From Candidatus Eiseniibacteriota bacterium (GTDB lineage: Bacteria; Arandabacterota; Arandabacteria; Arandabacterales; Arandabacteraceae): a stretch of 20,385 nt of DNA. The notes beneath the pieces were generated by a model. The model was not told the DNA's origin, did no database searches, and saw nothing but the letters and a program-made list of their open reading frames with translations. Position numbers and translations under genes: made by a program. This document shows positions 1 through 8,990 of this stretch, one piece after another. The stretch lies in NCBI GenBank assembly GCA_043810925.1, contig JBDRNT010000021.1, positions 1 to 20,385 on the forward strand, written 5' to 3'. The stretch's first letter is position 1; each line of letters starts with the position of its first letter.

Positions 1-766
1 GCAGATGGATCACATCGCCAGGGCCGTCGAGACGGTCGTGGCCTCCATAAAGGGCGGAGGCCGGGTCTTCTACGTGGGAGCCGGGACCAGCGGACGCCTG
101 GGAGTCATGGACGCGGCGGAGTGCCCGCCCACCTTCGGCACGCCTCCTCATCTTTTCCAGGGCATAATCGCGGGCGGATACGGAGCGATCGTCAAGGCCA
201 GGGAGGGCTCCGAGGACAGGGAGGACCTCGCCAGGCGGGCGCTTGCCAGGCGGGGTGTAACGAGCAAGGATATTGTCGTGGGCCTGGCGGCCTGCCGCCG
301 GACACCCTATGTAGTCGCCGCGCTTGAGCGCGCGCGCGAGATCGGGGCTTCCACCGTCTACATCACCTGTAACGGCGAGGTCGCGGGTGACGAGGCCGAT
401 GTGGTAGTGGCCGTCGATGTGGGCCCGGAGGCCGTGATGGGATCGACCAGGATGAAATGCGGTACCGCCGAGAAGATGGTACTCAACATGATCTCGACCG
501 CTTCGATGGTGAGGCTGGGCAAGGTCTATGGAAACATGATGGTTGACTTAATGGCCAATAGCGAGAAACTACGCCAGAGGTCGGTCAGGATCATCATGCT
601 CACGACCGGCTGCTCCTATGATGAGGCGGTCGATGTCTTAAGGCGCGCCAGGGGCAGTGTCAAGATCGCCATCGTGATGCAGATTAAGAGCCTTGGCCGC
701 AACGACGCAAGTGCCCTGCTTGCCAAGTCGGATGGCTTCGTGAAGAAAGCCCTTAAACGAGAATGA
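1..766 (+). CDS. murQ: N-acetylmuramic acid 6-phosphate etherase (5' end lies outside the window)
   Basis: SIS-domain MurQ motifs GAGTSGRLGVMDAAECPPTFG, GPEAVMGSTRMKCGTAEKMVLNMIST and GKVYGNMMVD. The frame is open to the window edge and stops at 764-766. Confidence 0.95.
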   Translation, partial: QMDHIARAVETVVASIKGGGRVFYVGAGTSGRLGVMDAAECPPTFGTPPHLFQGIIAGGYGAIVKAREGSEDREDLARRALARRGVTSKDIVVGLAACRRTPYVVAALERAREIGASTVYITCNGEVAGDEADVVVAVDVGPEAVMGSTRMKCGTAEKMVLNMISTASMVRLGKVYGNMMVDLMANSEKLRQRSVRIIMLTTGCSYDEAVDVLRRARGSVKIAIVMQIKSLGRNDASALLAKSDGFVKKALKRE

Positions 767-2115
767 AAGTCATGGGGACCACGGTGAGAATCAAGACAGG
801 CCCGTACGCAATCTTCTGTAGCCTTCGCGCTCCTCTGTGTAGCGTCCTGGCTCCTGCCAGGACGAGTGCGCGTGTGATGGTCACCGGAGCAGCAGTCCTG
901 CTCCTCTGCATCACCTTTCTTTCCTGCTCCAGGGACGATGAGGCCCAACTCGTCTTCTGGCAGTTTCAGCGCCAGGACCTGATGAATGAACTGATTGCCG
1001 ACTTCGAGGCTGCGAACCCATCGATCAAGATCAAGCTCGAGACTCTTACCTGGCAGAGCGGCTATGAGAAGATCATCATGGCCTATGCATCAGGCCAGCT
1101 CCCCGACCTGCTGGAGGTGGGCTCGACCTGGATGCCCAAACTCCAGGCCGAGGGGGCGGTGAGTGACATAACCGCTCTTACCGCCGACTTGGAACCCCGG
1201 CTCATGATGTGGGATCTCTCCACCTTCGCCGGCCGGCGATATGGCATACCCTGGCTCATAGGAAGCCGGGTGCTCTTCTATAACAGGGACCTCTTCGCGG
1301 CGAGCGGACTCTCGCCGGATGAGCCCCCGATTACATGGAGCGAGCTCCTGGATGCTGCCCGAAGGGTACACGACCCGGAAGAGGGACGCTATGGCTTCGG
1401 CATGAATGCCGGAGAGCGCTATGTGCTCTATAAGAAGTTCATGCCCTTCGCCTGGGGAAACGGCGGGAAGATCTTGAGTGATGACCTGGCCCGCTCCGAG
1501 CTCGACTCGCCCCGGATGCTGGAAGCCCTGGAGTTTTACCTGTCGCTTAAGCCCTATTCGGTGCTGGAGCGCCAGGACATGCTTGATGACCTCTTCAAGC
1601 AAGGCCGTGTGGGCATGATGATCTCGGGCGGCTGGAACCTTGAGCGCATCCCTGAGGATGCTCCCGATCTTGACTTCGGAGTGGCATTGATGCCCCGTCC
1701 CGGCCGGGCGGACCGCTCCGGCACCTCCGATCATCCCGAGGAGGAGGGTTTCCATGCCTCCTTCGCGGGTGCCGAGATCCTGGTTTTGCCAAAGGGCTCG
1801 AGGTCGGAGCCCGCCATGAAACTCGCCCGGTTTCTCATTGAGGCCGATCAGGCCTTGAGGATCTCTTCGACCGTTAAGGGCGTGCAGCCCGCATCCCGGG
1901 AGGCCCTGGGCCATCCCTATTACGATGACCATCCCATGGAGCGGCTCCTCCTTGAGCAGGGCAAGACCTCGCTTTCGCCTCCCTTATCACCCCACTGGGT
2001 AGAGATAGAGGAAGTCATCAACACGCGGCTCGAGGAATGTATCTACGGCAATCTTTCGCCAGTGGAAGCATTGAGGTTGATGCACGAGGAAGTAAGCGCA
2101 ATAATCGAGGAATGA
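763..2115 (+). CDS. Sugar ABC transporter substrate-binding lipoprotein (CUT1 family)
   Basis: Hydrophobic stretch with lipobox-like FLSC; motifs PDLLEVGSTW, LFYNRDLF, PPITWSEL and FKQGRVGMMISGGW. ATGA overlaps the murQ stop; an alternative start at ATG 877 would give a more typical signal peptide. Confidence 0.9.
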   Translation: MKVMGTTVRIKTGPYAIFCSLRAPLCSVLAPARTSARVMVTGAAVLLLCITFLSCSRDDEAQLVFWQFQRQDLMNELIADFEAANPSIKIKLETLTWQSGYEKIIMAYASGQLPDLLEVGSTWMPKLQAEGAVSDITALTADLEPRLMMWDLSTFAGRRYGIPWLIGSRVLFYNRDLFAASGLSPDEPPITWSELLDAARRVHDPEEGRYGFGMNAGERYVLYKKFMPFAWGNGGKILSDDLARSELDSPRMLEALEFYLSLKPYSVLERQDMLDDLFKQGRVGMMISGGWNLERIPEDAPDLDFGVALMPRPGRADRSGTSDHPEEEGFHASFAGAEILVLPKGSRSEPAMKLARFLIEADQALRISSTVKGVQPASREALGHPYYDDHPMERLLLEQGKTSLSPPLSPHWVEIEEVINTRLEECIYGNLSPVEALRLMHEEVSAIIEE

Positions 2116-2981
2116 AACCCTCCACTCAGCGCACTCTTTTTATTGTCCCCTGGGTGATCTCCTTTCTTCTCTTTTCCGCCTACCCCATAGTGTTCTCTCT
2201 TGGAGTGAGTTTCGCCGATTACAATCCCTTTAAGGGCGGCCTGATGGGTTGGGCGGGCCTCGCCAACTACAGGGCCGTCTTCTCAGACGGCCTCTTCTGG
2301 CGCTCGGCGGCAAACACCATTTTCTTTGTCTTAGGAACCGTGCCACCCACGGCGGCCCTGTCTCTGCTCCTGGCGCTCCTCATAGAGCGCGCGGGAAGGG
2401 CGCGGGGCTTCCTCAGGACCGGCTATTTCCTGCCTTCTGTTGTCTCCCTTGCGGTGATATCGCTTGTGTTCAAATACGTATATTCCAAGCAGGGCATGCT
2501 CAACCTCATTCTGGGTCTCTTCGGAGCAAGCGGCCAGGAGTGGCTCTTGAATCCCCGGCTTGCGCTTCCCTCCATAATGGTGATGGACGTCTGGGCAAGT
2601 ATAGGCTACTACGCCATCTTTTACCTTGCAGCGCTTCAGACGGTTCCCCGGGAACTCTACGATGCAGCCAGGGTGGACGGCGCGGGCTGGTGGAGCACCT
2701 TCCGATCGGTCACGCTTCCCTGGATCCGCCCCGTCATAGTCTTTGTGGTGGTAGTAAACACCATCCGGGCCTTCCAGGTCTTTGTGGAGGTCGTGATAAT
2801 GACCCGCGGCGGCCCGATGGGGAGCACCATGACCCTGGTCTACTATATGTATGAGAAAGCTTTTCACCGCGTGGACATCGGAGCCGCAAGCGCGGTGGCC
2901 TTTGTCGTGTTCGTGCTGATTACGATCTTCGCGCTCCTTCAAGTGAAACTCATTGGGCGGATGAAGGCATCTGTGGGGTAG
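2112..2981 (+). CDS. Sugar ABC transporter permease (MalF/UgpA-like)
   Basis: Multiple TM segments and the EAA loop ELYDAARVDGAGWWSTFRSVTLP. Start placed at ATG 2112 (ATGA overlap with the upstream stop). Confidence 0.93.
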   Translation: MKPSTQRTLFIVPWVISFLLFSAYPIVFSLGVSFADYNPFKGGLMGWAGLANYRAVFSDGLFWRSAANTIFFVLGTVPPTAALSLLLALLIERAGRARGFLRTGYFLPSVVSLAVISLVFKYVYSKQGMLNLILGLFGASGQEWLLNPRLALPSIMVMDVWASIGYYAIFYLAALQTVPRELYDAARVDGAGWWSTFRSVTLPWIRPVIVFVVVVNTIRAFQVFVEVVIMTRGGPMGSTMTLVYYMYEKAFHRVDIGAASAVAFVVFVLITIFALLQVKLIGRMKASVG

Positions 2982-3041
2982 AGGTATCGTGAGAACTGGA
3001 AGCAATATCAAGGACCGGGACATCCGGGAGGCAGGACGGTC

Positions 3042-3863
3042 GTGAGATCACGCAATACCAGGCTCGTGGCGGCTGCGCTCCTTGTCCTGCTCGCCGTCAA
3101 TCTCTTCCCGCTCTATGTCATGGTATCGGTATCGGTAAAGGGGGAGGGGACGGTCTTATCACGCCTCTATGATCTTATCCCCTCAGAGCCCACCCTTGAG
3201 AACTACCGCGAGATCCTCAGCCACGGCCCCTTCGCCCGCTACTTCTTTAACAGCACCGTGGTGGTGGCCTTCGTGGTCTTAGGAAACCTCGCATTCGCCT
3301 CGACGGCGGCATATGCCATAGCACGGAGCAGGCGAAAGTACGCGAACCTGATGCTGGCGGTCCTGGTCTCCACCATGATGATTCCCAAGCACATCATGAT
3401 GATTCCGCTCTTTACCCTGCTCTTAAGGATGAACCTCATAGACACCTACTATGCGCTCGTACTTCCATTCCTGGTGGATGCCTTCAATGTGTTTTTCATC
3501 CACCAGTATGTTAAGTCGGTGCCGAGGGAAATTGAGGAGGCCGCCTTCGTGGATGGCGCCGGCCTCTTCACCACGTTTACGCGCATCGTGTTCCCTGCGC
3601 TTAAACCCGCCCTGGTTGTGGTCGCCATCAACACCTTCCTGCTTAACTGGAACTCATTTCTCCTCCCATTCATCCTCACCAACTCGGATAAGGTGAGGAC
3701 TTTGCCCGTGGGTCTTGCTATCTTCTCCCAGGGAGAGCACAGCGTCGACTGGGGCCTTTTGATGGCCGGAGCCACCCTGGCGGCCATCCCGACCATAGTC
3801 GCTTTTGCCTTCTTCCAGAAACACATTGTCCGCGGGATCACCGAGGGAGCCGTGAGAGGTTAG
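3042..3863 (+). CDS. Sugar ABC transporter permease (MalG/UgpE-like)
   Basis: EAA loop EIEEAAFVDGAGLFTTFTRIVFP, WNSFLLP, TLPVGL and C-terminal FQKHIVRGITEGAVRG; GTG start. Confidence 0.93.
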   Translation: MRSRNTRLVAAALLVLLAVNLFPLYVMVSVSVKGEGTVLSRLYDLIPSEPTLENYREILSHGPFARYFFNSTVVVAFVVLGNLAFASTAAYAIARSRRKYANLMLAVLVSTMMIPKHIMMIPLFTLLLRMNLIDTYYALVLPFLVDAFNVFFIHQYVKSVPREIEEAAFVDGAGLFTTFTRIVFPALKPALVVVAINTFLLNWNSFLLPFILTNSDKVRTLPVGLAIFSQGEHSVDWGLLMAGATLAAIPTIVAFAFFQKHIVRGITEGAVRG

Positions 3864-3865
3864 CG

Positions 3866-5041
3866 ATGGCCAGGAACTATACAATATGCGGCATCATGTC
3901 GGGCACCTCGCGCGACGGGGTGGATGTGGCCGTGGTCAAGATCTCGGGCAACTTCCCGTCCAACAAAATCAGGCCGCTCTACGCCGAAACCTACACTTAC
4001 CCGCCCTGGCTAAAGACCCTGCTGCTCACTCCCTTGAAAAACCTTGAGGTGGAAGACGTATCGGGGCTGGATTTCCTGCTTGGAGAGATCTATGCCGAGT
4101 ATGCCCTCCGGGCGATCCAGAGCGCCGGACTTGAGCCCCAGGATGTTGATGCCATCGGCTCCCACGGGCAGACCCTGCTTCACCTGCCCAGGGGAAGAAA
4201 ACTCGGTGAGCGCACCGTGAGGTCGACCCTGCAGGTAGGCTCGGGTGCAATGATCGCCCAGAAGGCGGGAATCACGACCGTATCGGACTTCAGGAGCGCG
4301 GACATCGCGTCGGGAGGGGAGGGAGCCCCACTGGTTCCGGTCTTTGACTATGTGGTGCTCCGCTCGCCGAAGAAGTCACGCCTTGCCCTTAATATCGGAG
4401 GCATAGCCAATCTCACCGCGATCCCTAAGAAGGCCAAGTTGGGGGACATGATCGCCTTCGACACCGGGCCGGGAAACTGCATGATCGATACCGCGCTCCG
4501 GCTACGCTCGGGGGAGGCTTCGGCGTTTGACCGGGACGGGGCGCTCGCCCGCGTCGGAAAGCTTGACGAGGAGTGCGTCGAAGAGGTTCTTTCGCATCCC
4601 TACTTCGCCCGGAAGCCCCCCAAGACGACCGGGTGGGAGGAGTTCGGCGAGGACTATACCCGCGGGCTCGTGGAGGCAATGGCCGGACGGGGCAGATCGA
4701 CCAGGGACATGGTGAGGACCTTCACCGAGATCACCGGCGCCACCATTGCCAATTCCATCGAGGACTTCGTGCTGCCCTTAATGAGCGTGGATGAGGTCAT
4801 AGTGACGGGCGGGGGGAGCCGAAATTCCATGCTTATGGGCCTCATAAAGAAGCGGCTGCCCGAGATCCCGGTGGATACAGGAGAGGCCCACGGCATCGAC
4901 TCCGATGCCAAGGAGGCCTGCGCCTTTGCTTATCTGGCTTATCTTCGCCTGGAGGGGGTTTCCGCCAACATAGTCTCCCAGGCTGCGGGCCTTGAGCCCG
5001 CCCTCCTGGGCTCCGTTTCTGAATCTGGGGTCACCCGGTGA
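3866..5041 (+). CDS. anmK: Anhydro-N-acetylmuramic acid kinase
   Basis: GIMSGTSRDGVD, IGSHGQT, DFRSADIASGGEGAPLVP, LNIGGIANLT, FDTGPGN, GGGSRN and KEACAFA; clustered with murQ. Confidence 0.95.
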   Translation: MARNYTICGIMSGTSRDGVDVAVVKISGNFPSNKIRPLYAETYTYPPWLKTLLLTPLKNLEVEDVSGLDFLLGEIYAEYALRAIQSAGLEPQDVDAIGSHGQTLLHLPRGRKLGERTVRSTLQVGSGAMIAQKAGITTVSDFRSADIASGGEGAPLVPVFDYVVLRSPKKSRLALNIGGIANLTAIPKKAKLGDMIAFDTGPGNCMIDTALRLRSGEASAFDRDGALARVGKLDEECVEEVLSHPYFARKPPKTTGWEEFGEDYTRGLVEAMAGRGRSTRDMVRTFTEITGATIANSIEDFVLPLMSVDEVIVTGGGSRNSMLMGLIKKRLPEIPVDTGEAHGIDSDAKEACAFAYLAYLRLEGVSANIVSQAAGLEPALLGSVSESGVTR

Positions 5042-5057
5042 GGGATTACGTTTGCTG

Positions 5058-5086
5058 TTGACAGCAACCTCCGGCTGATGTATCTT
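5058..5086 (+). promoter_or_regulatory. Sigma70-type promoter for the tRNA
   Basis: TTGACA (5058-5063), 17-nt spacer, TATCTT (5081-5086), 15 nt upstream of the tRNA. The -35 lies within an inverted repeat TTGCTG-TTGA-CAGCAA (5052-5067). Confidence 0.7.
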
Positions 5087-5101
5087 GATTCCTGCATGAG
5101 C

Positions 5102-5179
5102 GGGGTCGTGGTGCAGCTTGGTTAGCACACTGGCCTGTCAAGCCAGAGGTCGCGGGTTCGAGTCCCGTCGGCCCCGCCA
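5102..5179 (+). tRNA. tRNA-Asp(GTC)
   Basis: Folds as a cloverleaf: acceptor GGGGTCG/CGGCCCC, D stem GTGC/GCAC, anticodon stem CTGGC/GCCAG with GTC at 5137-5139, T arm GCGGG-TTCGAGT-CCCGT, discriminator G and encoded CCA. Confidence 0.97.
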
Positions 5180-5503
5180 GTCCAATTCCTTCCCAGTCGA
5201 GTCTACATCGGTTTTGAGCTCAGACTTTCACTCATGAAACAGAACCAGCCCTATACTGCTTGGCATATACTGGGGACGCCCCTACCCAGAAGTTCTAATC
5301 CCGTATGGGGATCCAGTCTGCATCAAAGGCAGAACCTCGTAGTGCGCTTTCGGACCAACCACATGGCGAGCGGAGGTCGTATGGTTTTTGAGATATGCCC
5401 CGGGTGGTGGATGATGCGGTTCACCACCTCGAAGCGAACTATGAGACGGAGAGGGACATGTCACCGGATCGCAAAGAAAGTTGCTACAGCAGGGCGCTTT
5501 CTA

Positions 5504-5512
5504 TGGTATAAT
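5504..5512 (+). promoter_or_regulatory. Extended -10 promoter candidate for the unit 1 gene
   Basis: TGgTATAAT about 180 nt upstream of ATG 5695; no well-spaced -35. Confidence 0.45.
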
Positions 5513-5694
5513 CCGTGCGAGGCGATAGAGTGTTTCTTAGAAGCTGCTCAAGAAAGTCCACTCTCAGTTGCCGATGTACACCCTAAGAACAAGCAGAGCG
5601 ATTCTGAGACCGGACCTTGACAGTGATATGGCGCGCCGAAACGCGTACTCGACGTGGGGAAGGTGAGGTTCCGGGCCAAGGGAGGTGTGCGGTC

Positions 5695-7566
5695 ATGAGA
5701 AGGTTCATATGGTTGTTAATTGCAGTATGTCTCCTCGTCGGTTTGTCGGGAGTGGCGGCGGCACGAATCAATGAGTCAGAGCAGAATCAGCCAGTGGCCG
5801 TCATGGATGAGCGCCTCGATCTCGGCGATGCGGCCGCCGTGCGCGATTCGTTCTTCAATGATCTACACATTGGAGCCCTCTGGTTTCCCAGCATCTCGAA
5901 CAAGGGATATATAGGGTACTACGATCTCTCAGCCTATTATCCCGGAGGCGCTGACCAGTCCACGGTGTGGCAGGCTGGTATGTGGGCCGGAGGATACGTC
6001 TGGGATGAGGGAGAGGAGGAGTTCTATCCCCTCCCCTGGCATTGGCTCGGGTCGGATGCAAGCCACTGTGACCCTGACTTGTATGATAGTCTCGGCCTGC
6101 AAGCAGTTGTCGACACCGAGACAGATCTTGGCCTGCCTTACCCTTACAGGCGTCTCACAATACGCGTGAACACCGCCTCCAAGCCGCTTGAGGTAAGCGA
6201 GAGAGGCATAATAGACGGGGACATGGGCATGACCGTAACCTTCCAGTGGCACCAGTGGGGTGTTCCCGATTACGACCACTGGGTCTTTGTCCATGTCAGG
6301 ATCGAGTTCACCAAGGCTATCGACGACTTCTACTGGGCTTGGATGAGCGACTGCGACGTAGGTGACGTTTTCTACCACTATGATTACTATCTCGATGATT
6401 ACGCAGGCTGGGATGACAGTCTCAAGTTCTGTTACATGAGAGACTGGGATTATGATCCTCTCATCGGTCAGCCACCCGCAGGATCGACAGAGGATAGCCT
6501 CTTTCTCTCACCAGGTGCCGTCGGGCAGTACCTGCTTGCCGCCCCGCCGGTAGGCGGTCCGGTAACTGCCGATCCTGATGGGGCGCAGAAGTGGGTAACG
6601 AAGAACTACTGGGATTGGAACAATGACTATTCGACCAGACAGGATGCATACGACCGTATTGCCGGTATCTGGGAGAACCCGTTCCCGTCACCAACGGCCT
6701 TCGATTACCGGATTCTGAACGGTGTTGGTCCATACGACGTATCGGCGGGTGATACGGCTCATTTCTGGATGGCTTACGTGGTTGGCGAAGGCTATGACGA
6801 GGCTTCACACGCAACGTATGACCTGGGTGCTCTGGTCAATCATGTCCAGGATGCGCAGGCGTTTTTCGATGGTGGGATGGTGATACCTGCGCCGGACATC
6901 CCGCCGCAAGCGCCCGATTTGAATCCCGACCTGGACTTTGACGTTACCGGCGATACGATAAGGATCGACTGGGCGCCCTACAGCAACATCGCCGGCGGCG
7001 TCACAGCAGACAGTTTCTTCGTTTACCAGAGCGCGGTGAGCAAGCTGGGTCCTTGGGAAAGGGTTGCTGCATTCGATGCTTCTGTGACGGAAACGGAGAT
7101 TGGATTAGTGTCTGCCTGCACCTATTTCTGGGTACAGGCATACGATACAGGCAACCAGGTGGGCAGCGATCCCTATGCCGTTTCGAGTCGCCTGTATGAA
7201 AGGGACGAAGATGGCATCATCCGGGCGGATTGGAGTACCATCGTGTGTGCGGAATCTCCGTTCACCGGGGTTCCACCACAGCCACAGCTGGCAAACAGCC
7301 TGTCCCAGAACTACCCGAACCCGTTCAATCCTACGACAACTATCGCATATTCCATTTCCTCTCCAGGAGAGGTGAATCTTCGAGTATATGATGTATCTGG
7401 TAGCCTGGTGCAAGTCCTCGTGAACGAGCCAAAGGCAGTGGGTGAGTATAGAGCATCCTGGGATGGGCGCGATATAAGAGGAATGAAAGCTGCCCCCGGT
7501 GTCTACTTCATCAGGCTTGAAGCGGACTGGCAGGTGAAGACGAGAACGATTATCTTGCTGGAATAA
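5695..7566 (+). CDS. Secreted acidic protein with C-terminal FlgD-Ig / T9SS type A sorting-like domain
   Basis: GGAGG at 5681-5685 before ATG 5695; signal peptide MRRFIWLLIAVCLLVGLSGVAAA; C-terminus LSQNYPNPFNPTTTIAY...LRVYDVSGSLV...WDGRD...GVYFIRL. Confidence 0.85.
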   Translation: MRRFIWLLIAVCLLVGLSGVAAARINESEQNQPVAVMDERLDLGDAAAVRDSFFNDLHIGALWFPSISNKGYIGYYDLSAYYPGGADQSTVWQAGMWAGGYVWDEGEEEFYPLPWHWLGSDASHCDPDLYDSLGLQAVVDTETDLGLPYPYRRLTIRVNTASKPLEVSERGIIDGDMGMTVTFQWHQWGVPDYDHWVFVHVRIEFTKAIDDFYWAWMSDCDVGDVFYHYDYYLDDYAGWDDSLKFCYMRDWDYDPLIGQPPAGSTEDSLFLSPGAVGQYLLAAPPVGGPVTADPDGAQKWVTKNYWDWNNDYSTRQDAYDRIAGIWENPFPSPTAFDYRILNGVGPYDVSAGDTAHFWMAYVVGEGYDEASHATYDLGALVNHVQDAQAFFDGGMVIPAPDIPPQAPDLNPDLDFDVTGDTIRIDWAPYSNIAGGVTADSFFVYQSAVSKLGPWERVAAFDASVTETEIGLVSACTYFWVQAYDTGNQVGSDPYAVSSRLYERDEDGIIRADWSTIVCAESPFTGVPPQPQLANSLSQNYPNPFNPTTTIAYSISSPGEVNLRVYDVSGSLVQVLVNEPKAVGEYRASWDGRDIRGMKAAPGVYFIRLEADWQVKTRTIILLE

Positions 7567-7599
7567 CAACTCCGCTACGGGCTCACCTTTTCACCGGAT

Positions 7600-7707
7600 C
7601 TATCCCGTGGCGCAAAGATCATAAGCCATCCGTGCCATCTTGGCGCATTCCTGGCTGAAGAGGAAGTTCCGATAGTCGTCCCGTATGGCCCGCCATTGAC
7701 CTTCCCG
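7600..7707 (+). repeat. att-like element copy R1 (core 7678-7695, variant type)
   Basis: Core GTCCCGTATGGCCCGCCA (15/18 to the tRNA 3' end); minus strand reads WRAIRDDYRNFLFSQECAKMARMAYDLCATG*; right flank TTGACCTTCCCG. Confidence 0.92.
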
Positions 7708-7729
7708 CTGTGGGTCCTGGTTTTCTACC

Positions 7730-7758
7730 TTCACGGACAGCCACAACTGTGCTACAAT
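7730..7758 (+). promoter_or_regulatory. Promoter candidate, unit 2
   Basis: TTCACG, 17 nt, TACAAT with extended TG at 7750-7751; GAGGAG RBS follows before ATG 7781. Confidence 0.55.
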
Positions 7759-7780
7759 AACTCCCGAGGAGTTACGAGAT

Positions 7781-8809
7781 ATGGGACGCATGGTATTGGT
7801 ATATGTTTTGACTGTTCTCGTCTTCACGTCGGTATCTTTGGCCCGTGCTTGGTACATCCAACCGGATAGCACGGGTGACGCCCCGACGATCCGGGCCGGC
7901 GCGGACCTGGCGGCGAATGGAGATACGTTGCTACTCGCCGACGGTGTCTATGCAGGAGCAGATAACAAGAATGTGACTGTGGTCAACAGCCGACTCACGA
8001 TTATGTCCGAGAGTGGAGACCCCGAGCTTTGTGTGATTGACTGCGAGGGCTCTGGTAGATTTGCCATCTATGCCGGTGTGTCTGATAGTTCTGCCTCTGG
8101 CCTTGTACAGGGCCTGAAGATCACAGGTGCATCGACAGCCATCGAAGCCAGTGAGGATGTCTCTCTGAGTATCAACAATTGTATTCTCACGGGAAACAGT
8201 GGCCCAGCCGTCAGAGCTTCAGGGATGCCGGCTCAAGACTATGCCAGAATCAATGTTAGCCGGAGCACCTTTTCATCAAATCCTGCTGGTGCAATGTCCT
8301 GCGGCTATAAGTGCGGGCTCACAGCTGGATCATGCACGTTCTTCAATAACGGGCGTATACTGTTTGTTGATGAGCAAGGCTATGGTTCACTATTGAGATG
8401 CACAGTCGCGTTCAACTCGGTCAGCTCCGGAGGGCTAATAGTGAGCTCCTACTCAGGTGTCATAATCAATAAATCGATAATCGCATTCAACAGTGGAAAC
8501 ATAATCGAATACGTAGGTTGGTGTGACGTCGCCTTGGAGTGCTCTGATGTTTATGGTAACACTGCTGGCGATTACGTCGGATGTCTTGCCGGCAGAAATG
8601 GTATTGATGGGAATATCTCTTCTGATCCCCTGTTCTGCGATGTGGCGACTGGGACCTTCACAGTTGAAGAGTGTTCCCCTTGCCTTCCCGGTAACCACCC
8701 GGACAGTGTTGACTGTGATCTGATAGGTGCATGGGATGTTGGATGTGTTTGTGGGCCGTCAGCCACTGAGTCCTCAACGTGGGGTGGAATCAAGAGCCTC
8801 TACAGGTAG
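7781..8809 (+). CDS. Secreted right-handed parallel beta-helix (pectin-lyase-fold-like) protein with TWGxIKxxYR C-terminus
   Basis: Signal peptide; PTIRAGAD..GDTLLLADGVY.G N-cap; repeated xxNCxFxxN-like rungs; GNISSDPLFCD...SPC...IGAW; ends STWGGIKSLYR. Confidence 0.8.
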   Translation: MGRMVLVYVLTVLVFTSVSLARAWYIQPDSTGDAPTIRAGADLAANGDTLLLADGVYAGADNKNVTVVNSRLTIMSESGDPELCVIDCEGSGRFAIYAGVSDSSASGLVQGLKITGASTAIEASEDVSLSINNCILTGNSGPAVRASGMPAQDYARINVSRSTFSSNPAGAMSCGYKCGLTAGSCTFFNNGRILFVDEQGYGSLLRCTVAFNSVSSGGLIVSSYSGVIINKSIIAFNSGNIIEYVGWCDVALECSDVYGNTAGDYVGCLAGRNGIDGNISSDPLFCDVATGTFTVEECSPCLPGNHPDSVDCDLIGAWDVGCVCGPSATESSTWGGIKSLYR

Positions 8810-8818
8810 GAAGCCAAG

Positions 8819-8919
8819 CTATGCCAGATTAGCCACCATCTGTGCCATCTTGGCACATTCCTGACTCATAAGAAAGTTGCGAAAGTCGTCCCGTCGGCCC
8901 CGCCACTGACTTTCCCGTC
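8819..8919 (+). repeat. att-like element copy R2 (core 8888-8905, exact tRNA 3' end)
   Basis: Core identical to 5162-5179; minus strand reads WRGRRDDFRNFLMSQECAKMAQMVANLA*; right flank CTGACTTTCCCGTC. Confidence 0.95.
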
Positions 8920-8940
8920 CAAGCTCTCGTGAATCCACGC

Positions 8941-8969
8941 TTTAATCCCGGACACATCTGTGCCATAAT
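8941..8969 (+). promoter_or_regulatory. Promoter candidate, unit 3
   Basis: TTTAAT, 17 nt, CATAAT with extended TG at 8961-8962; AGGAGG at 8978-8983. Same layout as unit 2. Confidence 0.55.
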
Positions 8970-8990
8970 GACCCCACAGGAGGTGCAAGC

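Noticed and set aside
1090-3023. Long antisense or alternative-frame ORFs (1090-1932 -, 2249-2854 +, 2331-3023 -)
   Set aside because: Shadow ORFs of GC-rich, clearly identified ABC transporter genes.
5180-5694. Integrase gene or remnant next to the tRNA (ORFs 5234-5620 + and 5282-5464 -)
   Set aside because: No serine- or tyrosine-recombinase motifs; the minus frame entering the tRNA is closed by a stop 17 codons upstream.
7561-7600. attC sites after other unit genes (ATAAC at ~7563 and ~10193)
   Set aside because: No matching GTT box or extended dyad at a suitable distance.
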